A stretch of 64,000 bases of DNA from Planctomycetaceae bacterium (GTDB taxonomy: Bacteria; Planctomycetota; Planctomycetia; Pirellulales; PNKZ01). Both the position numbers and the translations under genes were made by a program. A model generated the notes under the pieces. The model was not told where the DNA came from. It saw only the letters and a program-made list of their open reading frames with translations, and searched no databases. How positions within the stretch are numbered: position 1 is the stretch's first letter; each line of letters starts with the position of its first letter. This document shows, one piece after another, positions 9,732 to 19,448 of the stretch. The stretch covers positions 11,385 through 75,384 of the forward strand of contig JAEUIN010000382.1 of the NCBI GenBank assembly GCA_016793115.1. Direction: 5' to 3'.

Positions 9732-10928
9732 ATGCATAGCGAAGTCGCCGACAACTCCGATCGCCCCACCGGGCTCAGCGGCACGCAAGCCGTTTGGGCG
9801 ACGGCGACGATTTTCGCCGTCGCCGTCGGCGCGTGGATCGCTCGGTTCTACATGCTGCACGACTCCCCGGCTCCGCCGGCTCAAGAACCGCCGGCCGTCG
9901 TCGTCGCGCCCCCTCCGCAACTCTCGCCGATCGAGAAGGCCGCGCTGCGCGCCGAAGCTTGGGCGCTGATTGAACCTCGGCTCGACGAAGCCGACCGCGC
10001 TTCGCGGGCCGCGCTCGACGAACAACTCGCAGGCGTCGACGACTTCTTCCACGCGCGGCAAGCCGGAGTCCGACCGTTCGCCGAGGCGGTGTTGTCGCTA
10101 GGCGGCAAATGGGCGTATGCCAAAAGCACGCTGCCGACGGCCGAGGCCGACGCTCACGCGCGGTACCTCAACGAGAAATTCGAGACCTACCTCTTTCGCA
10201 TCGACGATTTGAAACAAACGCTTGAGCAAGCGATCGGCGGCTACGTCAGTCGCGTGCAAGGTTTCGAAGGCAAACTCCTCGTTGACGTGCGAGCCGATCT
10301 GAGCGACGAACAATTCGCGGCGGCCGGTTTGCCTAAGGCGCTCGTGAGCGACGAAGCGTTTCGCGCGGAGTTCGCGCGCTTACTTAAAGAGACCGCCGCG
10401 GCGACCGCGGCCGATTTCCGCGTCAGCATGTCGCGCGAGGTGACTTCGTTCGTCGCCGGCGAGGTGGCCGCCGTCGTCGCGGTCCGCATCGCTTCGGCCG
10501 TGGCGACTCGACTGGGGCTCTCGGCCGGAGTGCTCGGTACCGGCGCGGCTTCCAGTTGGGCCACATTCGGCTTGGGGCTTGCGGCGGCAGTAGTGGTCGA
10601 CGTCGCCATCTCCCAAATCATCAGCTTGGCCGGCTACGACCCGGTCGATGCCGTCACAGAAAAGGTGCAAGCGGCCTTGAATCAGATCCGCTCGTTGCTT
10701 GTCGACGGCAACCCCGAGGCGCTCGCGGCCTACGAAAAACTGCGGCGAATGCAAACCAACGACCCGGACGACAGTGTTCGCGCCGCCTGTCGTCGGGCGG
10801 CCGATTCGATTGAAGGAAGCGGCAACCTCGGACTGCGTCGCGAATTGCTCAGACTTCACGACGAGCGCGCCCGTTTGAGGCGAGCGACCTTGCGGCGGTT
10901 CGTGCTCGAACCTGCGGTCGGAGCGTAG
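9732..10928 (+). CDS. hypothetical membrane protein
   Basis: 398-aa ORF with an N-terminal TM (AVWATATIFAVAVGAWIARF) and central hydrophobic helices (VAAVVAVRIASAVA, ATFGLGLAAAVVVDVAISQII). No domain recognised. Confidence 0.55.
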   Translation: MHSEVADNSDRPTGLSGTQAVWATATIFAVAVGAWIARFYMLHDSPAPPAQEPPAVVVAPPPQLSPIEKAALRAEAWALIEPRLDEADRASRAALDEQLAGVDDFFHARQAGVRPFAEAVLSLGGKWAYAKSTLPTAEADAHARYLNEKFETYLFRIDDLKQTLEQAIGGYVSRVQGFEGKLLVDVRADLSDEQFAAAGLPKALVSDEAFRAEFARLLKETAAATAADFRVSMSREVTSFVAGEVAAVVAVRIASAVATRLGLSAGVLGTGAASSWATFGLGLAAAVVVDVAISQIISLAGYDPVDAVTEKVQAALNQIRSLLVDGNPEALAAYEKLRRMQTNDPDDSVRAACRRAADSIEGSGNLGLRRELLRLHDERARLRRATLRRFVLEPAVGA

Positions 10929-11013
10929 TCGGCCGTTCTCCGAAACCGAAACGGCGCGAAATCAGTGAAAATTACGATCGATTCGGGATTGTCAGAGTGA
11001 GGGGGATGACTCG

Positions 11014-11208
11014 ATGATGCCAAGCGGCAATTTACTAAGGACGCGAGTGTCTCTCACCGCAGTTTTTATGGCGGCGGCGATCTCCCTCGGGTGCAGCGGC
11101 GAATCAAAGCCGTCGGGCGCCGGTTCGCCGGGTCCGTCGCTCGACTCACGCAGCGCCGAGGAGCGCGCCGCGGCGGCGAAGGAAGCGGAAGAGAAATACG
11201 GTAGTTAA
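11014..11208 (+). CDS. small putative lipoprotein
   Basis: 64-aa ORF with a signal sequence ending in the lipobox-like ISLGC followed by SGESKP. Confidence 0.45.
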   Translation: MMPSGNLLRTRVSLTAVFMAAAISLGCSGESKPSGAGSPGPSLDSRSAEERAAAAKEAEEKYGS

Positions 11209-11277
11209 ACCGAGACTGCGGACACGAGTTTTCGCCACGACGAAGAAGGTCGGTGCGATCGGTGAGGACGAAAAACT

Positions 11278-12129
11278 ATGAACAGGCAAGTTGAGCTAGT
11301 ACGGTCGCTCGTCGTATCGTTCGTGACGGCGGCGACTTTGGTCGTTCCGATTCAAGCTGCCGTGACGACCACGGCCCTGCGCGAGACGGTCGAATATGTG
11401 ACGAAGAAGTTCTCCCGCGAAGCGGCTGAGGAAGGAACCGATCTACTCACGCGTAAAGTGGAGCAACTCGCGACCAAGCACGGCGACGACGCGCTGGTGG
11501 CGATGAAGAACGTCGGTCCCCGCGCCTTGCGCGCGGTCGATGAAGCCGGCCCTCGCGGCGCCGAGGCCGTGCGGGCAATGGCACGTTTCGGCGACGACGG
11601 CTTAGAGTACGTCGCTAAACGCCCGAAAAACCTGGAGTTGGCCGCGAAATACGGCGACGACGCCGTCGAAGCGATCGTTAAACACAAGGAGGTCGCCGAG
11701 CCGCTGATCACGGAAATGGGCGCCGCGGGCGCAAAAGCGCTCCGCGCCGTAGGACCGCAAGAAGGGCGACGTTTGGCGATGATGGCGGCCGATCCGGCGA
11801 CCGCCGCGATCGTTCGCGATCCCAAGTTGCTCGATGTCGTCGCGCGCTACGGCGATCGCGGCATGAAGTTCGTTTGGGACCACAAAGGTGCATTGGCCGT
11901 CGGCTCGGTGCTCACCGCTTTCCTCGCCGATCCGCAACCGTTTATCGACGGCACCCGCGATCTCGCTCAGGTCGCCGGAGAAACGCTCGTTAATCCGATT
12001 GTTACTGAAGCTGCGAAGTCGTTCGATTGGACGCTGCTGGGTCTGGCGTTCCTCACAGCCGCCGCCCTGTTGATCGTATGGAGCTCCTTTCTGCGCCATC
12101 GTCTGCAATTGCGTCGCGGCCCTCGCTAA
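11278..12129 (+). CDS. hypothetical repeat protein with N-terminal signal/TM and C-terminal TM anchor
   Basis: 283 aa with four copies of a [KR][HFY]GD[DR][AG] motif (KHGDDAL, RFGDDGL, KYGDDAV, RYGDRGM) and a C-terminal TM (LLGLAFLTAAALLIVWSSFL). Confidence 0.55.
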   Translation: MNRQVELVRSLVVSFVTAATLVVPIQAAVTTTALRETVEYVTKKFSREAAEEGTDLLTRKVEQLATKHGDDALVAMKNVGPRALRAVDEAGPRGAEAVRAMARFGDDGLEYVAKRPKNLELAAKYGDDAVEAIVKHKEVAEPLITEMGAAGAKALRAVGPQEGRRLAMMAADPATAAIVRDPKLLDVVARYGDRGMKFVWDHKGALAVGSVLTAFLADPQPFIDGTRDLAQVAGETLVNPIVTEAAKSFDWTLLGLAFLTAAALLIVWSSFLRHRLQLRRGPR

Positions 12130-12633
12130 GGCCAAACTCACAGATTGACCGAACTCGTCCTCGCGTCTCGGCTTCCATGAAGTCCGCCGTCGGACCGCCG
12201 TCGCCCTCGATGGCCTGCACGGAGGGCGTATGTTTCGCCGCGAATGATGTCGTCGCGGCACGGCCGAGCGATTAGGTGACACCCGGACGCACGGTCGGCA
12301 TCGCCGCACGGGTGTGTCGGCGTATGGTGGTGAATCGCGGCGCGGATCGTGTATGTTGACGAACAGTACGGCGGCGACGACACTCCGTCCGGTCGTGGTC
12401 TACGGAACGACGGCCGAACATGTCGAATCCGGCGGAAAACGTTCGTCAGTCGAACAGACTGCCCACGGTGCCGTTTAGTACGAAGTCACGGCGACGGCGC
12501 GACTGCGGCACGGAGTCGCGCTGCCGGCTCATCCCTTGGCACGACTTATGCAGACTCGCTTTCGGTCGAGAGTCGCTTGGAACGAGTCGTGCGGCGGAGG
12601 TGGGCCCGCGCGGTGGCGGCGAAATCCCGCCTA

Positions 12634-13776
12634 ATGAGTTTCCTTTCGATTTCTACGGCTCCCGCCAAGATCAATACAATGACGAACGAACCGGGAGAAC
12701 CATCGACAATGAGCACCATTGCCTCCCCGCAGACTGCGTCGCCGGCTCCGGGCGGAACATTGGATCAGTCGAGTTTCGGCGGCAGTGAAACCGCGACGGT
12801 GACCCGTCCGGTCTTGATGCCGCTCAGCGGCCCAGCCCTCGACGTTCTACGCGCGTGGGTCGGTGCGGTGTTCTGTTTGATCTTCGTCGCCTTTCAACAG
12901 CCGCGGCCGTTGAGCTCCGGCTGGGGCGAAGCCTTGCTGCTCTTGGCGCCGCTGTCGCTCATTCCGCTCACTGTCGTGATTCTGCAAAAGTCCGCGCCGG
13001 CGGCCGCCGCGCCGTTTTGGGCGCTCGTTGAACGGTTCGAGCTTTCCGCGGGCGTCGTTCTGATCGGTTCCTATTTGCTGCCGCCGATGCCGAGTACGGC
13101 AGCCCTTGTCTTGCCTTGGCTCGCGCTCACGCTCATCGTCGCTTGGTGCGGCGTGATCGGCCTCGTGAAGCGCGAGTATCGCGACGTGTCGACCGTGACG
13201 ATCGACGTCGGCTGCATTCTCTTAGCCGTCGGCGGCTTATGGCTCACGGCCGAGCGCGCCGGCATCGACGCCTGGGGCTTCAATTCCGTCATCTGCCTGC
13301 TCACCGGAATCCACTTTCACTACGCCGGGTTCTTACTTTTGTTGGCCGCCGGCTGGGCCGCGCGCGAACTCGGCCCCGTTCCGCTCGCCAAGGCGGCCTG
13401 TCTCGGCGTGCTCGTCGGCGTGCCTCTGACGGCGATGGGAATTACGGCGTCGCACTGGAAACTCCATCCCGCGCTGGAAGCATTTTCGGCCTGCTTCATG
13501 GCGACGGCGGGCTTTGTCGTCGCCTTCGCTCATTTGGTCGTGGCCAACCGCGCGGCGGCTCCCAAATATGTCCGCGCCCTATGGACGATTTCCGCCGCGT
13601 CGCTCATGGCCGGGATGGGTTTTGCCGCACTCTTCGGGCTCCGCCACTTCATACTTATTCCGGGACTCGACATCGAGCATATGCGGGCTTTACACGGCAC
13701 GATCAACGCGATCGGCTTCGGGCTCTGCGGCATGATTGCTTGGCGGTTGCATCGCAAGGGGTTAGTTCGCTCATAA
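12634..13776 (+). CDS. polytopic membrane protein (possibly YndJ-like)
   Basis: Multiple TM helices start about 12830. The track ORF opens at 12349, but its first ~95 codons are Arg-rich and look non-coding. In-frame ATGs lie at 12634 and 12679, so the start is uncertain. Confidence 0.5.
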   Translation: MSFLSISTAPAKINTMTNEPGEPSTMSTIASPQTASPAPGGTLDQSSFGGSETATVTRPVLMPLSGPALDVLRAWVGAVFCLIFVAFQQPRPLSSGWGEALLLLAPLSLIPLTVVILQKSAPAAAAPFWALVERFELSAGVVLIGSYLLPPMPSTAALVLPWLALTLIVAWCGVIGLVKREYRDVSTVTIDVGCILLAVGGLWLTAERAGIDAWGFNSVICLLTGIHFHYAGFLLLLAAGWAARELGPVPLAKAACLGVLVGVPLTAMGITASHWKLHPALEAFSACFMATAGFVVAFAHLVVANRAAAPKYVRALWTISAASLMAGMGFAALFGLRHFILIPGLDIEHMRALHGTINAIGFGLCGMIAWRLHRKGLVRS

Positions 13777-13824
13777 CCGGCAGGCGCGCTGACCAACCGT
13801 TGGGCATCGCGTATACTGCCTCCT

Positions 13825-14196
13825 ATGGACGGTCGCCAACCGCTCGAGAGCCTGTCGCCGGAGAAGCTGCAATTATTTGCGGGCTCGCTCGGCGGTCTTT
13901 CCGCGGATGAGATGCGCAAAGCGAAACTTCTCTATATCCGCAACGCAATCAGTGAGTTTCGCGCACTAGAGAAAACGTTCGCAGGCTTCGGCAAGCTGCA
14001 AGGCTGTCTGTCGATTATCCCCTTTTTCTGGCCCGTGATCGCGATCCAAAAGAATGCTATGAACGTGCAACGCGATTTGGCCCGCGAGCGCATTATGAAC
14101 GCGATCGATGTCTGGAAAGACGATCTGCAAGCCGCCGGCTTCGACGTCGCCGACAACCATCTCGGAAAGCCCGAAGATTCGCGCTTCACGGGTTAA
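13825..14196 (+). CDS. hypothetical protein
   Basis: 123-aa ORF with one hydrophobic segment (CLSIIPFFWPVIAI). No domain recognised. Confidence 0.4.
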   Translation: MDGRQPLESLSPEKLQLFAGSLGGLSADEMRKAKLLYIRNAISEFRALEKTFAGFGKLQGCLSIIPFFWPVIAIQKNAMNVQRDLARERIMNAIDVWKDDLQAAGFDVADNHLGKPEDSRFTG

Positions 14197-14212
14197 GAAG
14201 TCACGCCGCGCC

Positions 14213-14695
14213 ATGCCCGACACGCTCACCATCACCGGCGAAATCGCTTGCCCCTGCGAACTCGCCGCGATCGACTTGGCCCAGCTGCCCGTCGCGGCCC
14301 AAATCACCGATGTGGCGACTCTCGATCCCAAGCGCAGCGGTCAAGCAGTACGGCTCGCGGCCGTGCTCGACGCCGTCGGAGTGAAACCTACGGCACGCTG
14401 GCTCTCGCTCCACGCGTCGACCGATGACTTTCACGCCAGCATTCCGCTCGACGCCGTGCGAGAGCGGGCCGTCGTCATCTATCGTCAAAACGGCGAGCCG
14501 CTGTCGCCGAAAGCCGGCGGACCGTTCCGTTTCTTCATTCCTGATTTCGCCGCCTGTCATACTCACGAAATCGACGAATGCGCCAACGTGAAGTTCGTCG
14601 ACCGAATGGAGCTCACCGCAGAACGCGGCTACGACAACCGCCCGCACGACGCCGCCGAACACGCTGAGCTCCACCGGAAGGAGCGCGAGGAATGA
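14213..14695 (+). CDS. short molybdopterin-binding oxidoreductase-like (SUOX/YedY-fold) domain protein
   Basis: Has FHASIPLD, IYRQNGEPL..KAGGPFRFFIP and the terminal NVKFVDRMEL, resembling the sulfite-oxidase-fold Mo domain. No signal peptide. ATG at 14213. Confidence 0.5.
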   Translation: MPDTLTITGEIACPCELAAIDLAQLPVAAQITDVATLDPKRSGQAVRLAAVLDAVGVKPTARWLSLHASTDDFHASIPLDAVRERAVVIYRQNGEPLSPKAGGPFRFFIPDFAACHTHEIDECANVKFVDRMELTAERGYDNRPHDAAEHAELHRKEREE

Positions 14696-14759
14696 AGAAC
14701 GCGAGCGATGAGCGGAGCAGTGCTTCTGGTTGCTCAGCGTAACGAATTAATCGCTCCGC

Positions 14760-16052
14760 CTATTTCTTCCCCGCCGCGGGAGCGAACAGAATCACGATCA
14801 TTCCCAGCGCGTACACGCACGACGTCGTCGTGCCGACCAATTCATATTTGCCGTCGAACGTCTGCATCAGCAAGCCTGCGCCGAGAATTCCGAACGCCGT
14901 CGCAATTCGCCCTGAATTGTAAGTGAGGCCGATTCCTGTTGCGCGAACCGCCGTCGGAAACAGTTCCGGCAAATAGAGCGGCAGCCACCCAAAGAAGAGC
15001 GTTCCCGAAAGGCCGACGAAGAACACCGCCGGCAGAAACAGGGGATCACCCGGTTGTAAGAACTGATAGACGCACAAATTGATCACAAGCGAGGCGAGGC
15101 TGACCGTGAAGTAAGTGATCCGCCGACCGCACAAATCGGCGATCCAGCCTCCGAGTGCGCTGGCGATCACCGCGCCGTAAGCCCACACGGCTTGCGTCTC
15201 AGCTTGGTTGTGTGCGACTTTGTCGGCCCAGGGAAACATCCACTTGCTCGACCCCCACGCTCCCAAGAGCGGCACGGTCGCCAACGCGATGCCGATCAGC
15301 GTGTTGCGCAACAATGCAGGCCGAAACAACTCTCGAACCGGGGCGGCGCTCTTCGCCGCGGCCGACTTCGAGGTACGAGTCGCCAACCAACTCGGCGACT
15401 CGGGCAACAGCGCAAACACGAGTATCCCCAGCAATGCCGGACCCGCCCCAAACAGGACCGCGACGCGCCAAGTCGACGTCGTAATGGCGAACTCGCTCGC
15501 GATGTGGGCCACCAGCAAGATGCCTAAGTTCGCAGCCACGCCGATCACGCCGGCCACTTTCGGCTTGGCAGCGTTCGGCCAGGCCTCACCGGCCAACGCT
15601 ACCGCCGTCGGCCACGCCCCACCGATGCCCAATCCGGTAAGGAAACGCGTGAATAGGAGTTGCGTAGGCGATTGCGCGAAGAATGCCGCTCCCGCGCACA
15701 ACGAATAACAAAGCACGCTTAGGCCCATCGCATGCGATCGGCCGCGACGATCGGCGCGGCGGCCGAACAAGACGCCGCCCACTGCGGCGCCGAATTGCAA
15801 AGCCGCCAATTGCCGCGCGAAGCCGTCGCCGACGCGTTTCTCGTCCGCGGCGTAAGCGTCGCCCTCTGTCGCCCCATCGGCCCGTTGAAACATAGCGACT
15901 AACGCCGGACGTGAGCTCAATTGCACGAGCCCCATTTGCACGCCGGCGCCGAGCCAGCAGAGAAACGCCGCCGCCAACACCACGCGTCGCTCGGCAGGTG
16001 ACAATGCCGGAGGCGGTAGTTCCGATGCGGCGGTCGAGGCGGCGAGCGACAT
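14760..16052 (-). CDS. MFS transporter
   Basis: 430 aa with about 12 TM helices and the loop motif GRRADRRGR between TM2 and TM3. Starts 4 bp after the stop of the upstream gene. Confidence 0.8.
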   Translation of the reverse strand: MSLAASTAASELPPPALSPAERRVVLAAAFLCWLGAGVQMGLVQLSSRPALVAMFQRADGATEGDAYAADEKRVGDGFARQLAALQFGAAVGGVLFGRRADRRGRSHAMGLSVLCYSLCAGAAFFAQSPTQLLFTRFLTGLGIGGAWPTAVALAGEAWPNAAKPKVAGVIGVAANLGILLVAHIASEFAITTSTWRVAVLFGAGPALLGILVFALLPESPSWLATRTSKSAAAKSAAPVRELFRPALLRNTLIGIALATVPLLGAWGSSKWMFPWADKVAHNQAETQAVWAYGAVIASALGGWIADLCGRRITYFTVSLASLVINLCVYQFLQPGDPLFLPAVFFVGLSGTLFFGWLPLYLPELFPTAVRATGIGLTYNSGRIATAFGILGAGLLMQTFDGKYELVGTTTSCVYALGMIVILFAPAAGKK

Positions 16053-16055
16053 ACG

Positions 16056-16940
16056 TCAACGATTCTCGAAGACTTCGATGGTGAACTTCAGTTCCAACGG
16101 CTCCCCTTTCGGCAAGCAAAAATCCGCCGCGCCTGCGGGCAACGAGCGCTTACCGAACGGATTGGCGACGAACAAGCCGTAGTCGCGAGTGTGCCACCAC
16201 GCCGTGCGCACATTCGACTTGTCGGGGGTAACGCGAATGCCGACTTGTGCGTTTTGGGCGACTCCCGAGTATTCCACCCACTGATCGACGGTCCCCCAGA
16301 TTTTCTTTGCGCCGACGCGTCCGTCGGCGGACTTTACGGTCCCGCCTTCTTTCTCGACAAGCGGCGTCGCCATCCGTACCCCGAGTCCCATTTCCTCCTG
16401 ATCGCCGAACACCAGCTCGTCCGTTTCGCTGCAAATCGTCGACTCAAACTCGTAGAGAAACGTACGACGAACTAAAGATCCGTCGTAGCGTACTTTCAGC
16501 AGCAGTGTGTGCTTCGCCAGCGGGCGTCCGTCGGCGCGCAACATGGTAAAGTCGGCTTCAAAAGCCTCGAAGTAGCCCGGTTCGACCACCGATCGGTGGC
16601 CGTCGCAACGGATCGTTCCCTTGTTGCGCCAAAAGTCTTCGCCGTTCAAACTGCCGAACGCCAACCAGATGCCCGGGTGCATCGTGTCATGATCGACGGC
16701 GTCTTCACCCGGATTTGGCGGATGATTCCGAGTGACAGGAATGCCGCTTGGTGTCCTCACGCCTTTCAGATATGGTCGCTTGACGACCGCATCGTCGAAC
16801 ACAAACTCTGCGATCGGTTTGTCTTGATAGAGAATGACATGCGAATTGCGAGGCCCGCCGGTGCGATAATCGGCCCTAGCGGCGCTCGAGCCCGCCGCGA
16901 CAAGATGAGCGACGAGACAAGCGGCGAGCGACAATCGCAT
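16056..16940 (-). CDS. secreted PmoA-family / DUF6807-like protein
   Basis: Signal peptide plus HPGIWLAFGSLNGEDFWRN and WWHTRDYGLFVANPFG blocks typical of that family. Confidence 0.6.
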   Translation of the reverse strand: MRLSLAACLVAHLVAAGSSAARADYRTGGPRNSHVILYQDKPIAEFVFDDAVVKRPYLKGVRTPSGIPVTRNHPPNPGEDAVDHDTMHPGIWLAFGSLNGEDFWRNKGTIRCDGHRSVVEPGYFEAFEADFTMLRADGRPLAKHTLLLKVRYDGSLVRRTFLYEFESTICSETDELVFGDQEEMGLGVRMATPLVEKEGGTVKSADGRVGAKKIWGTVDQWVEYSGVAQNAQVGIRVTPDKSNVRTAWWHTRDYGLFVANPFGKRSLPAGAADFCLPKGEPLELKFTIEVFENR

Positions 16941-17072
16941 AGAAACCTCTTGCGAACGACCCGGCGGAGCGCGACCATAACTTCAGCGGCCACATCAGAC
17001 CGCCGTTATCGGCGATGCCGTGCCCGCACGCAACGACTTTTCGCGGCCGGCCTAGAACATCGAGCGACCACT

Positions 17073-17972
17073 ATGCCCACGATCGACTCGTCGCCGACGG
17101 CGTCAGGAATCGGCAATGTAGGAATCGTCGGGCTCGGGTTGCTGGGCGGCGCGATCGCAGCGCGACTCGTCGAGCGTGGCTTTTCGGTCGTAGGCTATGA
17201 TGCAAACGAGTCGCGACGAGACGTCGCGCTCAACGACGGAGTGGTCGTAGTCAACTCCGCCGCCGAAGTCGCCGCCAAGTGTGAACTGGTGTTGTTAAGT
17301 CTGCCCACCGGCGACATCTCCGCCCTCGTGGTCCGCGAACTTGCGCCGCAACTCCATCGCGGGCAGATCATCGTCGACACGACCACGGCGGCGGCGGAGC
17401 AAATGATCGCACTGGCGGGATTGCTTACGCCGCTGGGAGTCGCGTTCGTCGAAGCGGAAGTCGCCGGTTCGAGCGTGCAAGTTCGTCGCGGCGAAGTGCT
17501 CGTGTTCGTCTCCGGCGACGACGCCGTAGTCGCTAAGTGCCGACCGGTGCTCGAGGCGTTCGCCGTCGCGGTGCACCATGCCGGCAACACAGGCGACGCA
17601 GCTCGCTGGAAGCTCGTCCACAATTTGCTGCTCGGCCTGCATCGCGCCGTATTGGCCGAAGGGCTCGTCTTGGCGGAGGCGTTGGGGCTCGACGCGTCCC
17701 GCATCCTCGAAGTGTTGAAGCAATCGCCCGCGGCGAGCGCCGTGATGACGACCAAGGGTGCGAAGATGCTCGCCCGCGACTTCACGCCGCAAGCGACCGT
17801 TCGACAACACTTGAAAGATGTCCGCCTGATCTTGGCCGCGGCCGCGGCCTGCGGTGCGGAAACACCGCTCTCTCAGTTGCATGCGAGCCTCTTAGAGCGC
17901 GCTTCCGAACTTGGCTACGCGGAGGCTGACAACAGCGCGATCATGGCGGCGTTTTCCCGCAAATCTTCCTAA
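17073..17972 (+). CDS. NAD(P)-dependent beta-hydroxyacid (3-hydroxyisobutyrate-type) dehydrogenase
   Basis: Rossmann motif VGIVGLGLLGGAIAARL at the N-terminus; 300 aa. The upstream part of the track ORF is antisense to 16056-16940. Confidence 0.8.
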   Translation: MPTIDSSPTASGIGNVGIVGLGLLGGAIAARLVERGFSVVGYDANESRRDVALNDGVVVVNSAAEVAAKCELVLLSLPTGDISALVVRELAPQLHRGQIIVDTTTAAAEQMIALAGLLTPLGVAFVEAEVAGSSVQVRRGEVLVFVSGDDAVVAKCRPVLEAFAVAVHHAGNTGDAARWKLVHNLLLGLHRAVLAEGLVLAEALGLDASRILEVLKQSPAASAVMTTKGAKMLARDFTPQATVRQHLKDVRLILAAAAACGAETPLSQLHASLLERASELGYAEADNSAIMAAFSRKSS

Positions 17973-18180
17973 ACAAGCCTCGTCCCGAAGCTCGAGCCTG
18001 CGAGAATTGGGTGAAGATCAGCCGGCAACTTGCGCCAACCGGCCAGATTAACGTCTATGGGCAAACGGCGCGCTCAGCTACCATTGTTTGCAGTTCATGT
18101 GCGCGGCCGCCTGTGTGCCGCAACCGCTCGAGGGGTGCGGTGCACTCGTTCCATTCTATGTGTCAGAGGATTCTGAACTT

Positions 18181-19368
18181 ATGACCAGCGGTTCCAACGC
18201 GGCGGCGATTCTGGGACTCGGCACGGCGCAACCCGACTTCATCATGTCGCAAGAGGAGGCGATTACCCTCGCCCAAGAAACGATCTGCCGCGACGAAGTG
18301 GAAAAGCGGCTCTTGCGCATTCTCTATCGAAAAACCGGCGTCAAGCAACGCGCCACCTGCGTGCCTCACCAAACCGCGCTCGAATGGCTGAACTTGCCGT
18401 CGGCCGTCGGCATGCAGGCCGGAGCGATCGCTCCTGACGACGCCGAGGCTCAAATCGACGGCGAAACGACGACCGTAGCGACGGCCGAGAAAGCCGCTCC
18501 GGTCAACCTCGGCCCAGGCACCGCTGCCCGGATGGAAATCTACCGCGCCACCGCGCCCGGACTCGCCGTCCGCTCGTCGACCTTGGCGCTCGCCGAAGCC
18601 GGCATCGACGCCAAAGAAATCACGCACCTCGTCACCGTAAGCTGCACCGGATTCTTCGCGCCAGGTCTCGATCTGGCGCTCATCAACGGCCTCGGTCTGC
18701 CGCTCACCGTCGGCCGCGTGTTCGTCGGCTTCATGGGTTGCCACGGTGCGATCAACGGCCTGCGCACGGCGCAGGCCATCGCCGCGGCCGATCCGAAAAA
18801 CCGCGTCCTGCTGTGCGCCGTGGAACTCTGCAGCCCGCACTACGCCATGCAGTGGGACCCGAACCGCGCGGTGGGCAATGCCGTATTCGCCGACGGCTCG
18901 GCAGCTCTCGTCGTCACGCACCAGAGCGCCGCCAAGAGCGACGACGGGCTGAAGATCGCCGCGACCGGCTCCTGCTACTTTCCCGATTCTGAAGACGCGA
19001 TGTCGTGGAACATCGGCGACAACGGGTTCGACATGTACCTTTCGCCGCGTGTGCCGGATCTGATTTGCGCGAACTTGCGCCCCTGGTTCGAGTCGTGGCT
19101 GGCCGAGCAAGGCCTGACCATCGACCAAATCGGTTCCTGGGCCGTGCACCCGGGCGGACCGCGCGTAGTCACCGCCGTTGAAGAAGCGCTCGGGCTCGAC
19201 AAAGCTCTTACCGAAACCTCGCGCGAAGTGCTCTCCGAATGCGGCAATATGTCGTCGCCCACGGTGCTCTTCATTTTGCAGCGCCTGCGAGCGCGCGGCG
19301 CAAAGATGCCCTGCGTCGCCATCGGCTTCGGCCCCGGCCTCGCGGCTGAAGCGGCTTTGTTTCGGTAG
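18181..19368 (+). CDS. type III polyketide synthase (chalcone/stilbene synthase family)
   Basis: Cys-His-Asn triad contexts VSCTGFFAPG, WAVHPGGPRV and ECGNMSSPTV. Also carries an Ala/Thr-rich insertion of about 35 aa near residue 75-110. Confidence 0.85.
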   Translation: MTSGSNAAAILGLGTAQPDFIMSQEEAITLAQETICRDEVEKRLLRILYRKTGVKQRATCVPHQTALEWLNLPSAVGMQAGAIAPDDAEAQIDGETTTVATAEKAAPVNLGPGTAARMEIYRATAPGLAVRSSTLALAEAGIDAKEITHLVTVSCTGFFAPGLDLALINGLGLPLTVGRVFVGFMGCHGAINGLRTAQAIAAADPKNRVLLCAVELCSPHYAMQWDPNRAVGNAVFADGSAALVVTHQSAAKSDDGLKIAATGSCYFPDSEDAMSWNIGDNGFDMYLSPRVPDLICANLRPWFESWLAEQGLTIDQIGSWAVHPGGPRVVTAVEEALGLDKALTETSREVLSECGNMSSPTVLFILQRLRARGAKMPCVAIGFGPGLAAEAALFR

Positions 19369-19382
19369 CAAAGCAGCTAGTC

Positions 19383-19425
19383 GCTGGTAGCTAGTTGGCG
19401 GAAGAGTGCTCAACTAGCTACTAGT
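19383..19425. terminator. CTAG-rich hairpin between convergent genes (bidirectional terminator candidate)
   Basis: Perfect 11-bp stem GTAGCTAGTTG (19387-19397) / CAACTAGCTAC (19411-19421), extendable with G-U pairs. No U-tract. Confidence 0.45.
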
Positions 19426-19448
19426 AACCGGCAACTAGCGCCTGCCCA

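Noticed and set aside
13825-14695. Treating the 123-aa hypothetical protein and the short Mo-domain protein as a novel two-gene redox system.
   Set aside because: There is only weak motif similarity for the Mo domain, and no cofactor-ligand cysteine could be assigned by eye. No partner cytochrome or reductase is present, so the evidence is insufficient.
16509-17072. Upstream extensions of several track ORFs: 16509-17072, 40735-40989, 38879-39112, 36123-36260, 4274-4495, 55473-55604 and 50310-50417.
   Set aside because: These extensions run through neighbouring genes or repeat elements and precede obvious signal peptides or canonical N-termini. Internal in-frame ATGs were chosen instead.
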